54,158 nucleotides of DNA from Ignavibacteriales bacterium (GTDB taxonomy: Bacteria > Bacteroidota > Ignavibacteria > UBA10030 > UBA6906): contig JBBIRR010000030.1 in NCBI GenBank assembly GCA_037441705.1, positions 1 to 54,158 on the forward strand. Direction: 5' to 3'. Position 1 is the first letter of the stretch, and each line of letters opens with the position of its first letter. The notes below the pieces were generated by a model that ran no database searches, was not told the origin of the DNA, and saw only the letters and a list, made by a program, of their open reading frames with translations. Both the position numbers and the translations under genes were made by a program. Below are positions 9,903 through 21,187 of the stretch, piece after piece.

Positions 9903-10124
9903 GTTACTCGTCTCGCATTGGTTGATTAGCCGATGAGCAGTCCACCCTCAGCTCAGCACAGTGCTGAAGGATGTAGGCAAAGGAATATGGTGCTGCGGCG
10001 CGATTGGGAAACAGGAGAACGAATGAGAGTGCGAGCTGAGCCGCAGCGTCTCTGCGCGAGCCTGCTTGCTTCAGTTCCACAATCACCGCATGATCTCCCT
10101 TCTGCAGGCTCGACATCTACTTAC

Positions 10125-10152
10125 AGTATAACATCTCTCCAACAACATGCAA
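10125..10152 (-). promoter_or_regulatory. Putative promoter of the mscS-trehalose operon
   Basis: Minus strand TTGCAT-16 bp-TATACT with a TG extended -10. Confidence 0.5.
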
Positions 10153-10182
10153 GCATTCGGGAAGTTTTTCTTCGCGGCGGAC

Positions 10183-10212
10183 TTGACAGCTTCCCGCAGC
10201 GGTGTCTATATT
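10183..10212 (+). promoter_or_regulatory. Putative promoter of the trpG/pabA-aroF ORF
   Basis: TTGACA-18 bp-TATATT. Confidence 0.6.
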
Positions 10213-10249
10213 GGGGAAGCTCAATTTTCGTCGGCAGGATGACTCAACG

Positions 10250-11926
10250 ATGATCCTGATCCTCGACAACTACGATTCGTTTACCTACAACCTTGTGCAG
10301 TTGGTGCAGAAGCAGGTTCAGCGCGTCGGTGAGGAAGTGGTTGTGAAGCGCAATGACGAAATCTCTGTTGCCGCGCTTGAGCAGCTCAACCCGCGTGGCA
10401 TTCTCTTGTCTCCCGGTCCGGGGAGACCGGAGCAGGCGGGCATTTGTATGGATGTCGTTCGGCGCTTCGGCCAAAGAATTCCCATTCTCGGCGTTTGTCT
10501 GGGTCATCAGGCCATCGGTGCGGCGTTTGGCGCACGCATCGTCCGAGCGGCTGAGTTGATGCACGGAAGAACTTCGTGGATTAGACATTGCGGGACGTCA
10601 ATCTTCGTCGGCGTAAGAAATCCGTTCGCTGCCACGCGCTATCACTCGCTGATGATCGCGCCGGAGAGTTTGCCGGACGACTTCGAGGTTCTTGCTCGCA
10701 CAGACGATGGAGTAATCATGAGTATCCGCCACAAAAACCTTCCGCTTGTCGGCGTGCAATTTCATCCGGAATCCATCCTGACCGAGGATGGCGAGCAAAT
10801 CCTTTGCAACTGGCTTAGCATGCAAGAATCACGCAGAAACACTATATTGAGACATAAAGTAACGACCTTCCGTACAAAATCTTCCGGAGTGTATATGTTC
10901 ATCGTTATGAAGCCCGACGCGACACGCGAGGACGTCCAGCGTGTGATGGACAAAGTCGTCTCGCTGGGCTACGTTCCGCACGAGGTGCCGGGCCTCCAGC
11001 GAACGGGCATTGCCGTCACGGGCAATCGCAACAAAATCAATCCAGAGCTGTTCTCCATCATGTCCGGCGTGGAGGACGCGATTCCCATTACGAGACCGTA
11101 CAAACTTGTCGGGCGGGAAGTGAAGCCGGAGAATTCGGAGATCGACGTTGACGGAGAAATCATCGGGGGGAAAGAGCTGGCGATCATTGCGGGCCCGTGC
11201 TCGGTGGAGAATTGGGATCAGTTGATAACAACGGCCGAGGCGGTGAAAGATGCCGGAGCAAAGTTCTTGCGCGGAGGAGCCTATAAGCCGCGGACGTCGC
11301 CCTATGCGTTCCAGGGCATGAAAGAAGAGGGCCTTGCCCTGCTGCGCGAGGCGAAAGAACGAACGGGTCTGAAAATCGTTACCGAGGCGAAGGACATCGG
11401 CACGCTTCCCGCCGTGGCGGAGGTGGCAGACGTGATCCAGATTGGGGCCCGAAACATGCAGAACTATTCCTTACTCGAAGCAGTCGGCGAGATTCGCAAA
11501 CCGGTGCTGCTCAAGCGCGGGATTTCAGCGACGATCGAGGAACTGCTGATGTCGGCGGAGTACATTCTTGCCCGAGGCAATCGGCAGGTGATTCTCTGTG
11601 AACGCGGGATACGAACGTTCGAGCCATACACGCGCAACACGCTCGACCTCAATGCCATTCCGGTCGTCAAGAAACTCTCGCACCTTCCCATCATCGTTGA
11701 TCCGAGCCACGGCATCGGCATGTGGGATGGCGTGGCGGCGATGGCGCTGGCAGGCATCGCTGCCGGTGCCGACGGCGTAATGATCGAAGTTCACCCCAAT
11801 CCTGAGATGGCTCTCTCGGATGGCGCACAGGCGCTGAAGCCTGCTCGCTTTCGCGATTTGATGGAACGGCTGCGCATGGTTGCTGCGGCCGTGGATCGAA
11901 GTGTCGGCGTGGAGCTGACGCAATAG
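10250..11926 (+). CDS. In-frame fusion of glutamine amidotransferase (TrpG/PabA) and type I-beta DAHP synthase (second start at 10895)
   Basis: N-part: [38 protein letters not shown]-part: MFIVMK regulatory domain, [42 protein letters not shown]. No stop codon between the two. Confidence 0.9.
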   Translation: MILILDNYDSFTYNLVQLVQKQVQRVGEEVVVKRNDEISVAALEQLNPRGILLSPGPGRPEQAGICMDVVRRFGQRIPILGVCLGHQAIGAAFGARIVRAAELMHGRTSWIRHCGTSIFVGVRNPFAATRYHSLMIAPESLPDDFEVLARTDDGVIMSIRHKNLPLVGVQFHPESILTEDGEQILCNWLSMQESRRNTILRHKVTTFRTKSSGVYMFIVMKPDATREDVQRVMDKVVSLGYVPHEVPGLQRTGIAVTGNRNKINPELFSIMSGVEDAIPITRPYKLVGREVKPENSEIDVDGEIIGGKELAIIAGPCSVENWDQLITTAEAVKDAGAKFLRGGAYKPRTSPYAFQGMKEEGLALLREAKERTGLKIVTEAKDIGTLPAVAEVADVIQIGARNMQNYSLLEAVGEIRKPVLLKRGISATIEELLMSAEYILARGNRQVILCERGIRTFEPYTRNTLDLNAIPVVKKLSHLPIIVDPSHGIGMWDGVAAMALAGIAAGADGVMIEVHPNPEMALSDGAQALKPARFRDLMERLRMVAAAVDRSVGVELTQ

Positions 11927-11938
11927 AATGCCGCGGAA

Positions 11939-11978
11939 GTCCGGCGTGTCGCTTCCCACCGTATGCGAAACGCCGGAC
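11939..11978. terminator. Hairpin between convergent genes
   Basis: GTCCGGCGTgTCGC...GCGAaACGCCGGAC stem. Confidence 0.55.
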
Positions 11979-11991
11979 CCTGCAGCTTTGC

Positions 11992-12390
11992 TTAGACGAC
12001 CGTCCAGTTGACCGTTACCACGAAGGGCTTGCCCGTCCGGACGAATGTTCCGTAGAACTTCAGCACCCACTGCTGACCCGCGTCAATACCGGTGTATTCA
12101 TTCAACTGAATGCTCTGTCCCTTCGGAAAAACACGCGCGGGATTTGGGTTGGTGATCACGTCGTTGAATTGCTGCGCCGGAAAGCTGAGTTCCACCTTTG
12201 TGAGCATCACGTCCTCGCTCGGTACCGCAACGAAGATCATCCCTTGCGAACCGGACTCCAGGTGCATCGTGAATGTCACCGTCGGCTCCTGTGTGCCGGG
12301 GTTGGCTTGCAACGGGTTCGAGTTTTTCTTGCTGCATCCGCTGATGACAAGCGCGCCCGCAAGAACCATAAGCACCAGTAGCTGCTTCAT
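11992..12390 (-). CDS. Hypothetical lipoprotein
   Basis: MKQLLVLMVLAGALVISGC lipobox; AAGGAG RBS; beta-rich mature domain. Confidence 0.8.
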   Translation of the reverse strand: MKQLLVLMVLAGALVISGCSKKNSNPLQANPGTQEPTVTFTMHLESGSQGMIFVAVPSEDVMLTKVELSFPAQQFNDVITNPNPARVFPKGQSIQLNEYTGIDAGQQWVLKFYGTFVRTGKPFVVTVNWTVV

Positions 12391-12649
12391 ATGATGTTTC
12401 TCCTTCCTTGAGGATTGTTTATGGGTGATTGGGTGCGCGATGGTACGTCGCGTCGCATCCAACGGTTACGCCCGACTTCCTACATCATGATGTGGGCAAG
12501 AGAAAGCTGGCCATTGCGTTGCACTCAAAAGCGTGGTGTTCACTTTCGGTTCACGATTCCGATGCGAGCTGCACATGGAATCTCTCGCTCAATTTTCGTA
12601 GCTTGAGTATACCTGAGAATTCAATCATCACTACATTTCACGCTATTCC

Positions 12650-14098
12650 GTGTCGACAGTTCGTGTTCGGTTTGCTCCCAGTCCAACAGGATACTTGCAT
12701 GTAGGAGGATTGAGGACAGCGCTGTACAATTATCTCTTTGCAAGAAAGAATGCGGGGACGTTCATTCTTCGGATCGAGGATACCGATCAAACGCGCTACG
12801 TGCCCGACGCCGAGCAGAAGCTCTTGGACATCATCCGGTGGTCGGGGCTGACGTACGACGAAGGGCCTGATGTGGGCGGACCGAAAGGCCCTTACAGGCA
12901 ATCCGACCGCACGGAGATCTATCGAATGTATGCTCAGAAACTTCTCGACGAGGGGAAAGCGTACTACGCCTTCGAGACACCCGAAGAGCTGGAAGCAATG
13001 CGGGCTGAGCAGGAGAGACGAGGTCTTTCGACGAAGTATGATCGGAGGGCACTGAAGCTTAGCGCCGATGAGGTGCGGGCAAAGTTGGAAGCGGGCGTGC
13101 CCCAAGTGATTCGCCTGAAAGTCCCCGACAATGTCACGATCACGTTCACGGATATCGTGCGCGGCCCGGTGGAGTTCTCCAGCGATCAACTCGATGATCA
13201 AGTGTTGATCAAATCCGACGGCTTCCCGACGTATCACCTCGCGAACGTTGTGGATGATCATTTGATGGAAATCTCTCATGTCATTCGGGGTGAAGAGTGG
13301 CTCCCCAGCACACCGAAGCATGTGCTGCTCTACGAGTATTTCGGTTGGACGATGCCGCAGTTTGCGCATCTTCCACTGCTGCTGAACCCGGATAAGTCCA
13401 AGCTAAGCAAGCGGCAGGGCGATGTTGCGGTGGAGGACTACAAGGAAAAAGGCTACTTGCCGGAGGCGCTCATCAATTTCGTGGCGCTGTTAGGATGGAA
13501 TCCCGGAGACGAACGAGAGCTGTTTACGCTTCAGGAATTGGTGCAGGAGTTTTCGCTCGAGCGCGTTGGCAAGTCGGGCGCGGTCTTCAATGTCGAGAAG
13601 TTGAACTGGATGAACGCCGAACACTTGCGCAGGAAGGCCTCGAGCGAGATACTGCCGATGCTCAAGGAGGAACTCGCGCGCTCGCGGTTCAGCGATCGGA
13701 ATTTTGCGGACGAGTATCTCCTGATGGTGATTGACGCAATGCGCGAGCGGATAAGTTTTGTTAGAGATATCCTCGAGAAAAGTCCCTACTTTTTCGAAGC
13801 GCCGTCGTCGTATGACGCGGACGTGCTGAAGAAGCGCTGGAAGAAAGAAACCGCCGCGCATCTTACTGTGCTGCGCGACGCGTTCATGAAGTTGAATCAT
13901 CCGACGCGCGAGCAGTACGAGGCGGTGCTGCACGCGACCGCGCAGCAGTTAGGCATCGGCAACGGGCAGTTGATTCATCCGCTCCGTCTCGCCGTCTCGG
14001 GCGTGGGGGCAGGACCGGGCGTGTTCGACCTTGTCGCCATTCTGGGGAAAGAGGAAACAATTCGACGATTGACAACGGCCATCACAAAACTTTCATGA
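12650..14098 (+). CDS. gltX: Glutamate--tRNA ligase
   Basis: [29 protein letters not shown] and KLSKR motifs. Confidence 0.98.
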   Translation: MSTVRVRFAPSPTGYLHVGGLRTALYNYLFARKNAGTFILRIEDTDQTRYVPDAEQKLLDIIRWSGLTYDEGPDVGGPKGPYRQSDRTEIYRMYAQKLLDEGKAYYAFETPEELEAMRAEQERRGLSTKYDRRALKLSADEVRAKLEAGVPQVIRLKVPDNVTITFTDIVRGPVEFSSDQLDDQVLIKSDGFPTYHLANVVDDHLMEISHVIRGEEWLPSTPKHVLLYEYFGWTMPQFAHLPLLLNPDKSKLSKRQGDVAVEDYKEKGYLPEALINFVALLGWNPGDERELFTLQELVQEFSLERVGKSGAVFNVEKLNWMNAEHLRRKASSEILPMLKEELARSRFSDRNFADEYLLMVIDAMRERISFVRDILEKSPYFFEAPSSYDADVLKKRWKKETAAHLTVLRDAFMKLNHPTREQYEAVLHATAQQLGIGNGQLIHPLRLAVSGVGAGPGVFDLVAILGKEETIRRLTTAITKLS

Positions 14099-15819
14099 CA
14101 GTGGACGACACATCAGGCACAACAATGGAGAAGTCCGGCACCGGGCAAGCCGTACGGACCAATTTTATCCGCGAGATCATTGATGAGGATTTGAGAACGA
14201 ACAAGTACGGTGGGAGAGTACACACGCGCTTTCCTCCGGAGCCCAACGGCTACCTCCACATCGGTCACGCAAAATCCATCTGCCTGAACTTCGGCATCGC
14301 GCGCGACTACAACGGCAAATGCAACCTCCGCTTCGACGATACCAATCCGACGAAGGAAGAAGTTGAATATGTCGAAGCGATCAAGCGCGATGTCCGCTGG
14401 TTGGGGTTCGATTGGGAGGACCGTGAGTACTACGCATCGGACTACTTCGAGCAGCTGTATGAGTACGCCGTCCAGCTGATCAAGAAAGGGAAGGCGTACG
14501 TGTGCGATCTTTCGGCCGATCAGATTCGGGAGTACCGCGGAACACCAACCCAGCCCGGGAAAGAAAGTCCGTACAGGAACCGTTCGGTGGAAGAAAATCT
14601 CGACCTGTTCCGCAGAATGCGGGACGGCGAGTTTCCCGACGGCTCACGGACGCTGCGTGCGAAGATCGACATGGCCTCGCCGAACTTCAACCTGCGCGAT
14701 CCGGTCATGTATCGCATCCTGCGCGCCGAGCATCATCGTACCGGCAACAGGTGGTGCATCTACCCCACGTACGACTGGGCGCACGGCCAGTGCGATTCGA
14801 TCGAAGGCATTACCCATTCCATCTGCACGCTCGAATTCGAGATTCACCGCCCGTTGTACGATTGGTTCCTGGATGCGCTGGAAATCCATCATCCGCAGCA
14901 GATCGAATTCGCGCGCTTGAACCTGAGCTATACCGTCATGAGCAAACGGCGGCTGTTGGAGTTGGTAGAAGACGGGATCGTGACGGGATGGGACGATCCA
15001 CGCATGCCCACGATTTCCGGACTGCGGCGGCGCGGCTACACGCCGGAGTCCATTCGTACGTTTGCCGAGCGCATCGGCGTCTCCAAGCGCGAATACATAC
15101 AGGACGTGACGGTGCTCGAGGACTGCCTGCGGGATGATCTCAACAAACGGGCGCCGCGTGTGATGGCAGTGCTGCGTCCGCTCAGGCTCGTCATCGAAAA
15201 TTATCCTGAGGGGCAGGTCGAAGAACTGGAGGCCGTCAACAATCCCGAAGATCCCTCGATGGGGACGCGCAAGATTCCGTTTTCACGCACGCTCTACATC
15301 GAGCGCGATGACTTTCTCGAACATCCCCCCAAAAAATACTTCCGCCTCTCGCCGGGGGCCGAAGTTCGTTTGCGGTACGCGTACATCATCAAATGTGTGG
15401 GAATGGTGAAGGATGAGAAGACGGGAGAGATTGTAGAAATCCGCTGCACATACGATCCGGCGACGCGCAGCGGGATGCCGCAGAGCGCGCGCAAAGTGAA
15501 AGGGACGATCCATTGGGTGTCCGCCCCGCATGCTCTTCCTGCCGAAGCGCGGCTGTACGATCGCCTGTTTACAGTTGAAGAACCGGCCGGCGAGAACTGG
15601 AAAGAGTTCATCAACCCCAATTCGCTGCAGGTCATCTCTTCATGTAAGGTCGAGCCGAGTCTCGCACAGGCGAAACCGCAAGATCGTTTCCAGTTCGAAC
15701 GCCTTGGCTACTTCTGTGTTGACGACGACTCGAGGCCGGGAGCGTTGGTGTTCAATCGTGCTGTAACGCTGCGCGACACATGGGCGAAAATCCAACACGG
15801 AGCAGCTCCGCTCGTTTGA
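14095..15819 (+). CDS. glnS: Glutamine--tRNA ligase
   Basis: [36 protein letters not shown] and FQFERLGYF motifs. Confidence 0.98.
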   Translation: MTVDDTSGTTMEKSGTGQAVRTNFIREIIDEDLRTNKYGGRVHTRFPPEPNGYLHIGHAKSICLNFGIARDYNGKCNLRFDDTNPTKEEVEYVEAIKRDVRWLGFDWEDREYYASDYFEQLYEYAVQLIKKGKAYVCDLSADQIREYRGTPTQPGKESPYRNRSVEENLDLFRRMRDGEFPDGSRTLRAKIDMASPNFNLRDPVMYRILRAEHHRTGNRWCIYPTYDWAHGQCDSIEGITHSICTLEFEIHRPLYDWFLDALEIHHPQQIEFARLNLSYTVMSKRRLLELVEDGIVTGWDDPRMPTISGLRRRGYTPESIRTFAERIGVSKREYIQDVTVLEDCLRDDLNKRAPRVMAVLRPLRLVIENYPEGQVEELEAVNNPEDPSMGTRKIPFSRTLYIERDDFLEHPPKKYFRLSPGAEVRLRYAYIIKCVGMVKDEKTGEIVEIRCTYDPATRSGMPQSARKVKGTIHWVSAPHALPAEARLYDRLFTVEEPAGENWKEFINPNSLQVISSCKVEPSLAQAKPQDRFQFERLGYFCVDDDSRPGALVFNRAVTLRDTWAKIQHGAAPLV

Positions 15820-15844
15820 TTCTCGCTCAATCAATCTCTATCTT
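15816..15844 (+). promoter_or_regulatory. Putative folB promoter
   Basis: TTGATT-17 bp-TATCTT. Confidence 0.5.
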
Positions 15845-15862
15845 GATGGTGCCATCTGCCGC

Positions 15863-16231
15863 ATGAAACACCTGGACGTTATCCGCATCAAGAACGCTGT
15901 CTTCTATGCCTATCACGGCGCCATCGAGGACGAGCAGAACCTCGGCGGCAAGTTCGAGTTCGATGTGGATTTGTATTGCGACCTCTCGGCGGCGGCCGAA
16001 AGCGACTCGCTTGCCAAGACGGTTGACTACGAGAAGGTGTACGCCTTCATCCGGCAGTCGGTACTCCATAAGAAGTACTATCTGTTAGAAGCGCTGGCGT
16101 ACACGATTGGGAAGGGGTTGTTAGGGGAGTTCGCGGCGTTGGAAAAAGTGGTCGTTCGGGTTCGCAAGATTCATCCTCCGGTGAAAGGGGTGATTGACCA
16201 CGTAGAAGTCGAGATTGCGCAGCAGCGATGA
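15863..16231 (+). CDS. folB: Dihydroneopterin aldolase
   Basis: FYAYHG...E, TVDYEKV, LLEALA and VRKIHPP motifs. Confidence 0.95.
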   Translation: MKHLDVIRIKNAVFYAYHGAIEDEQNLGGKFEFDVDLYCDLSAAAESDSLAKTVDYEKVYAFIRQSVLHKKYYLLEALAYTIGKGLLGEFAALEKVVVRVRKIHPPVKGVIDHVEVEIAQQR

Positions 16232-16734
16232 AGACCTACAGCGTGTATCTCGGCCTCGGCTCGAACATCGGCGAGCGGCACGCGTACCTCAACGCGGCGG
16301 CTGCGGCAATCAAGCACATCGCCGGGGTGAAGGTCATCGGGGCTTCTTCTGTTTACGAGTCCGATCCCGTCGGAAAAAGAGATCAGCCGAAGTTCTTGAA
16401 CGCGGTGCTCGAACTCGAGACGTCGCTGCTTCCTCCGGCGCTGCTGAGTGAGTTGAAGGCCGTTGAACAGGCGGTAGGCAGGACAATGACGGAGCGCTGG
16501 GGGCCGCGAGAAATTGATATTGACATTCTGCTCTATGATGGGCTTGTGCACGAGGATGCAGCGCTGCGCGTGCCGCACAGCGAGATGGAGAAAAGGAAGT
16601 TTGTCCTCATTCCGCTGCGCGAAATTGCCCCCGATGTCGTTCATCCTATCTCGGGCCTGACCGCAACGGAGATGGCACGCGCGTGTCGGGATACGACGAA
16701 GGTTGTCAAAACCTCGTTCTCAATCTTTGTCTAA
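16228..16734 (+). CDS. folK: 2-amino-4-hydroxy-6-hydroxymethyldihydropteridine diphosphokinase
   Basis: LGLGSNIG, FLNAV, RWGPREIDIDIL and VPH...RKFVLIPL motifs. Confidence 0.96.
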   Translation: MKTYSVYLGLGSNIGERHAYLNAAAAAIKHIAGVKVIGASSVYESDPVGKRDQPKFLNAVLELETSLLPPALLSELKAVEQAVGRTMTERWGPREIDIDILLYDGLVHEDAALRVPHSEMEKRKFVLIPLREIAPDVVHPISGLTATEMARACRDTTKVVKTSFSIFV

Positions 16735-16762
16735 TTTACAGTCGCAGTCAACAGGAGCGTAC

Positions 16763-17449
16763 TTGTCCACCCGAAAGCAGGAATCTCTCGAAGAGTTAAT
16801 ACAACAATCCGAACTGCGGTACATTGCCATTGAAGGGGTGATCGGGGCGGGAAAGACAACGCTGGCAACCATGTTAGGTGAGTTACTCGATGCAAAAGTG
16901 GTGCTTGAACGGTTCGAGGAGAATCCCTTCTTGAAGGATTTCTATAAGGACCCCGACCGCTATGCATTTCAAACACAAATCTTCTTCCTGTTGACGCGAT
17001 ACAAACAACAACGAGAACTCGGGCAGGCAGATCTCTTCCATCGGTTTCTGGTGACCGACTACATTTTTGAGAAGGACAAGATCTTTGCCTACCTCAACTT
17101 GCAAGATGAAGAATTGAAGCTCTACGAGACGCTCGTCAGCAGCATTCAGCACAACATCACGAACCCGGACCTTGTCGTGTACCTGCAATCGAGCGTACCT
17201 CGTCTCATGGAGAATATCCGACGGCGGGGGAGAGACTTCGAGGCGAACATGCAGGAGAGTTACATCAAAGACCTGAACGAGGCGTATAATTACTTTTTCT
17301 TCCGCTACCGCACGACACCATTGCTGATTGTCAACGCAACGGAGATTGATTTCGTCTCCAATCGTGAACATTTTGAAGATCTCGTGCGCGCCATCCTTCG
17401 TCCGACGCATAGTGCCGTAGAGTATTACAACCCTGTTGTTCAAAAGTGA
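16763..17449 (+). CDS. Deoxynucleoside kinase
   Basis: IAIEGVIGAGKTT P-loop, ENPFL..FY, AFQTQIFFL, PDLVVYLQ; TTG start after GGAG chosen. Confidence 0.92.
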   Translation: MSTRKQESLEELIQQSELRYIAIEGVIGAGKTTLATMLGELLDAKVVLERFEENPFLKDFYKDPDRYAFQTQIFFLLTRYKQQRELGQADLFHRFLVTDYIFEKDKIFAYLNLQDEELKLYETLVSSIQHNITNPDLVVYLQSSVPRLMENIRRRGRDFEANMQESYIKDLNEAYNYFFFRYRTTPLLIVNATEIDFVSNREHFEDLVRAILRPTHSAVEYYNPVVQK

Positions 17450-17469
17450 GAGTGAGAAAGGAATCCGCG

Positions 17470-17682
17470 ATGCTGTTGCGTCTTCTCCTATTCGTCGTCG
17501 TTGCATGGCTTGTCGGCAAGATTCTGAGAATCCTGTACGTTGCGCTCACGGGGCCGCACAGCGCGCCGCGTGAAAAGTACGGCGTCGGTTCGTCGGCACA
17601 GCAGCCGCCGGCGATGGAGTTCAAGGATGTTCAGGACGCAGAGTTCGAAGAAATCCCCGACACGAAGAAAACGCCGAAGTAA
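17470..17682 (+). CDS. Small single-pass membrane protein
   Basis: N-terminal TM segment and C-terminal DVQDAEFEEI motif; AAAGGA RBS. Confidence 0.75.
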   Translation: MLLRLLLFVVVAWLVGKILRILYVALTGPHSAPREKYGVGSSAQQPPAMEFKDVQDAEFEEIPDTKKTPK

Positions 17683-17696
17683 GAGCCGCTGCCCCA

Positions 17697-18818
17697 TTGC
17701 TGCATTCATTCGAACGGACATTCAAGCGTTTTGCCTCTCTTCTCCTCCGATTCCTTCTCGGCTCACGCCCCATCCGCATCGTTCCCGACGCTACCTTTGC
17801 ACGCATCCTCGTTGTGCGTCAGCACAATCAGCTGGGGGACATGCTGTGCGCAGTTCCGTTGCTGCGCGCGCTGCGGACGAAGTTTCCGTCTGCCTACATC
17901 GCGTTGATCGCAAGTCCGGTCAACTACGACGTGATGCTGCACCTGCAGTACATCAACACAGTGGTGGAGTTCGACAAGCGCGAGTTTCTCGGCCGCGGCC
18001 TCAAGGGTATGCAAGCGCTTTTTCGGTTTATCAGAAATCTGCGACGTGAAAACTTCGACCTCGCGATCGTTCCTTCAACGGTTTCGGTCTCCTTTACAAG
18101 CGACCTGATCGCACGGCTTTCGGGAGCACGCATACGCATCGGAGTGAGCCGGCTCGACGGAAAGGAAACCCTCTCGGCATTTTGCTTCAATGTGCCTGTG
18201 GAGTTAGCGTGGGGTTCGAGTTCTACCCGACATCAAACGCTTCGTAACTTCGATATAGCCAGGCCCTTGGGTTTGAACCAACCTCCTCTGAATCCGGAAA
18301 TCACCCTGAATGAGGATGAGAAAAAAGTAGCTAATGAATTAAAAAATAAGAAGATACAAACGGGCAAGCGAATCGTTGTCTACCATCCCGGGGCAGGCAA
18401 GGTTCCCAACCGCTGGGCTGCCGAACGTTTCGCCCACGTTGCAAATGTTTTGGCCGAAACTTTCGATGTGAATACGCAGATTATCGAGGGGCCGATGGAC
18501 GCGATTCCTGCTTCCGAAATGCTCCGCCATCTTGCCGCTCCGTTTGAGTTGATTACGGGAAAAAAGATTCGTGAGGTGGCGACGATACTCTCTGCCGCCG
18601 ACTTGGTGATTACCAACGATACGGGAATCATGCATGTGGCAGCAGGCGTGGGGGTTCCGGTGTTGTCGCTTTTCGGTCCGACGGACCCGGCACAGTGGGC
18701 ACCCATTGGTCGGCAGCATCGTTTTCTGAAAGGGAAGGATGGCGACATCAACACCATAACTGTTGATGAAGTGATACGGTGTGCTGCAGAAATGCTCTCG
18801 AAGCAAGACAACGGTTGA
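17697..18818 (+). CDS. Glycosyltransferase family 9 (LPS heptosyltransferase-like)
   Basis: QLGDML, HPGAG...RW and ITNDTGIMHVAAGVG.P.LSLFGPT motifs. Confidence 0.92.
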   Translation: MLHSFERTFKRFASLLLRFLLGSRPIRIVPDATFARILVVRQHNQLGDMLCAVPLLRALRTKFPSAYIALIASPVNYDVMLHLQYINTVVEFDKREFLGRGLKGMQALFRFIRNLRRENFDLAIVPSTVSVSFTSDLIARLSGARIRIGVSRLDGKETLSAFCFNVPVELAWGSSSTRHQTLRNFDIARPLGLNQPPLNPEITLNEDEKKVANELKNKKIQTGKRIVVYHPGAGKVPNRWAAERFAHVANVLAETFDVNTQIIEGPMDAIPASEMLRHLAAPFELITGKKIREVATILSAADLVITNDTGIMHVAAGVGVPVLSLFGPTDPAQWAPIGRQHRFLKGKDGDINTITVDEVIRCAAEMLSKQDNG

Positions 18819-18868
18819 GTTTGCAGCAATGAAGTTTTAGATTGATAGTGAAAAGGAGGTGAGACCTC

Positions 18869-19810
18869 ATGATCGGAGCGCCGGAAGTTGAGATTGACTA
18901 TCGCGAAGAAGTGCTGCGCTTGAAGAAGGAGATGAACGCAGTTCTTCTCGCGCATTACTATCAGGAAGGGGAGATTCAGGATATTGCGGACTTCGTCGGC
19001 GACAGCCTCGAGCTGGCGCGTCGTGCGGCGGAAACATCGGCGGATGTGATCGTCTTCTCCGGCGTTCATTTCATGGCAGAGACCGCGAAGATTCTCAATC
19101 CGACCAAACAGGTTTTGCTGCCCGACCTGAATGCCGGTTGCTCGCTCGCTGAAGGCTGCCCGGCTCCGGCGTTCAAAGCATTTCGCGCAGCACATCCCAA
19201 TCATGTTTCCATTACCTACATCAATTGCTCGGCTGAGGTCAAAGCTGCCAGCGACATCATCTGCACTTCCAGCAACGCCGAAAAAATTATCAGCCAGATT
19301 CCTCCGGACAAGCCGATCTTCTTTGCGCCGGACAGGAATCTCGGCAGGTATCTTATCAAGAAGACCGGCAGAGAGATGCTTTTGTGGGAAGGTTCCTGCA
19401 TTGTGCATGAGGTGTTCAGTCTCCGGAAAATCATGCAACTGCAGCTCGAACATCCCGATGCGGAACTCATTGCGCATCCCGAATGCGAAGAGCCGATTCT
19501 GCAGCGGGCGAACTTCATCGGCTCGACGAGCATGTTGTTGAAGTACGTGCAGACGAGTCCGCGGAAGAAGTTCATCGTTGCCACGGAGTCCGGCATTCTC
19601 CATCAGATGCGCAAGCGGGCGCCCGAAAAGGAATTGATTCCGGCGCCGCCCGATACCAATTGCGCATGCAACGATTGCCCGTACATGAAACTCAACACGA
19701 TGGAAAAACTCTACCTCTGCATGAAAAACCGTTCACCTGAGATCACTCTCGATCCTGCCATTATGGAGAAGGCGTTGATACCGATCCAGCGAATGCTGGC
19801 GATGAGTTGA
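18869..19810 (+). CDS. nadA: Quinolinate synthase
   Basis: [39 protein letters not shown] and CPYMK motifs; AAGGAGGT RBS. Confidence 0.97.
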   Translation: MIGAPEVEIDYREEVLRLKKEMNAVLLAHYYQEGEIQDIADFVGDSLELARRAAETSADVIVFSGVHFMAETAKILNPTKQVLLPDLNAGCSLAEGCPAPAFKAFRAAHPNHVSITYINCSAEVKAASDIICTSSNAEKIISQIPPDKPIFFAPDRNLGRYLIKKTGREMLLWEGSCIVHEVFSLRKIMQLQLEHPDAELIAHPECEEPILQRANFIGSTSMLLKYVQTSPRKKFIVATESGILHQMRKRAPEKELIPAPPDTNCACNDCPYMKLNTMEKLYLCMKNRSPEITLDPAIMEKALIPIQRMLAMS

Positions 19811-19841
19811 TTGTGCCTCTCCCCATACTTTTCTATATTTG
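19811..19841 (+). promoter_or_regulatory. Putative asnS promoter
   Basis: TTGTGC-17 bp-TATATTTG. Confidence 0.55.
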
Positions 19842-19876
19842 TCCATCTATTCATTACACGCGAGCAAGTACGAGCT

Positions 19877-21175
19877 ATGGCGTCACAATACTATGTTGAG
19901 GATCTGGCGAAGTACGTCGGGCAGGAGGTAACGCTCCAGGGCTGGCTGTACAACAAGCGGTCGAGCGGAAAGATCAAATTTCCCATTCTGCGTGACGGGA
20001 CGGGGATCGTCCAGGGCGTTGTGGTGAAAGGCCAGGTCCGTGACGACGTGTTTCAGCGTGTTGATGAGCTGACGCAGGAGTCCTCGTTCATCATGAAGGG
20101 CAGAGTGCGCAAGGAGGATCGTGCGCCCGGCGGCTATGAGCTGGATGTGACGGACATTCAAATCATTTCCATCGCAAAGGACTATCCCATTACGCCGAAG
20201 GAACATGGTGTCGAGTTTCTCATGGATCGTCGGCACTTGTGGTTACGCTCCAGCCGGCAGCACGCCATTCTTCGCATTCGCCACCAGATTATCAGGGCCA
20301 TTCGGGAGTTTTTTGATAACCGCGGGTTCGTGCTTGTAGATTCTCCGATCTTCACGCCGGCTGCATGCGAAGGGACCTCGACGCTGTTTGAAACCGACTA
20401 CTTCGATCTGGGCAAAGCCTACCTCACACAATCGGGCCAGCTCTACGCCGAAGCGGCGGCGATGGCGTTCGGCAAGGTGTACACGTTCGGGCCGACGTTC
20501 CGCGCCGAGAAATCGAAAACCCGTCGCCATCTTACCGAGTTCTGGATGGTGGAGCCGGAAGTGGCATTCAACGATCTGAATGACAACATGGATCTGGCAG
20601 AGGAGTTTCTGATCTACATCGTTCAGTCCGTCCTCACGCATCGCCAGAAGGAACTGCAGGTCTTGGAGCGCAACACGTCATACTTAGAGAAGGTGCAAAA
20701 GCCGCTGCCGCGCATCACGTATGATGAGGCGGTAGAAATTCTCCGCAAGAAGGGCATCCCTTTCGAGTACGGCAACGATCTCGGCGGGACGGATGAGACG
20801 GTGGTGTCGGAGCAATTCGATCGTCCGGTGATGGTGCATCATTATCCTGCGGCGGTGAAAGCGTTCTACATGAAGCGCGACCCGCAGAACCCCGATCTGG
20901 CTCTCGCCGTGGATGTGCTGGCGCCGGAAGGCTATGGTGAAATCATCGGCGGCAGTCAGCGTGAAGATGATTACGAGACCCTGCTGCAGCGCATCAAGGA
21001 ACACAACCTTCCGCAGGACGCATTCGAATGGTACCTTGACCTGCGGCGGTATGGCACCGTGCCGCATTCGGGTTTCGGCCTTGGTGTCGAGCGCACCGTC
21101 TCATGGATTTGCGGTCTCGATCATGTTCGCGAAACGATTCCGTTTGCACGAATGATTTACCGGCTCACTCCATAA
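19877..21175 (+). CDS. asnS: Asparagine--tRNA ligase
   Basis: [42 protein letters not shown] and [11 protein letters not shown] motifs; ATG at 19877. Confidence 0.97.
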   Translation: MASQYYVEDLAKYVGQEVTLQGWLYNKRSSGKIKFPILRDGTGIVQGVVVKGQVRDDVFQRVDELTQESSFIMKGRVRKEDRAPGGYELDVTDIQIISIAKDYPITPKEHGVEFLMDRRHLWLRSSRQHAILRIRHQIIRAIREFFDNRGFVLVDSPIFTPAACEGTSTLFETDYFDLGKAYLTQSGQLYAEAAAMAFGKVYTFGPTFRAEKSKTRRHLTEFWMVEPEVAFNDLNDNMDLAEEFLIYIVQSVLTHRQKELQVLERNTSYLEKVQKPLPRITYDEAVEILRKKGIPFEYGNDLGGTDETVVSEQFDRPVMVHHYPAAVKAFYMKRDPQNPDLALAVDVLAPEGYGEIIGGSQREDDYETLLQRIKEHNLPQDAFEWYLDLRRYGTVPHSGFGLGVERTVSWICGLDHVRETIPFARMIYRLTP

Positions 21176-21187
21176 TTCTGATCACGC

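Noticed and set aside
12508-12523. Sigma54-like TGGCCA-N5-TTGCA upstream of gltX
   Set aside because: Spacing fits, but the -24 box deviates from TGGCAC and a housekeeping synthetase is an unlikely target.
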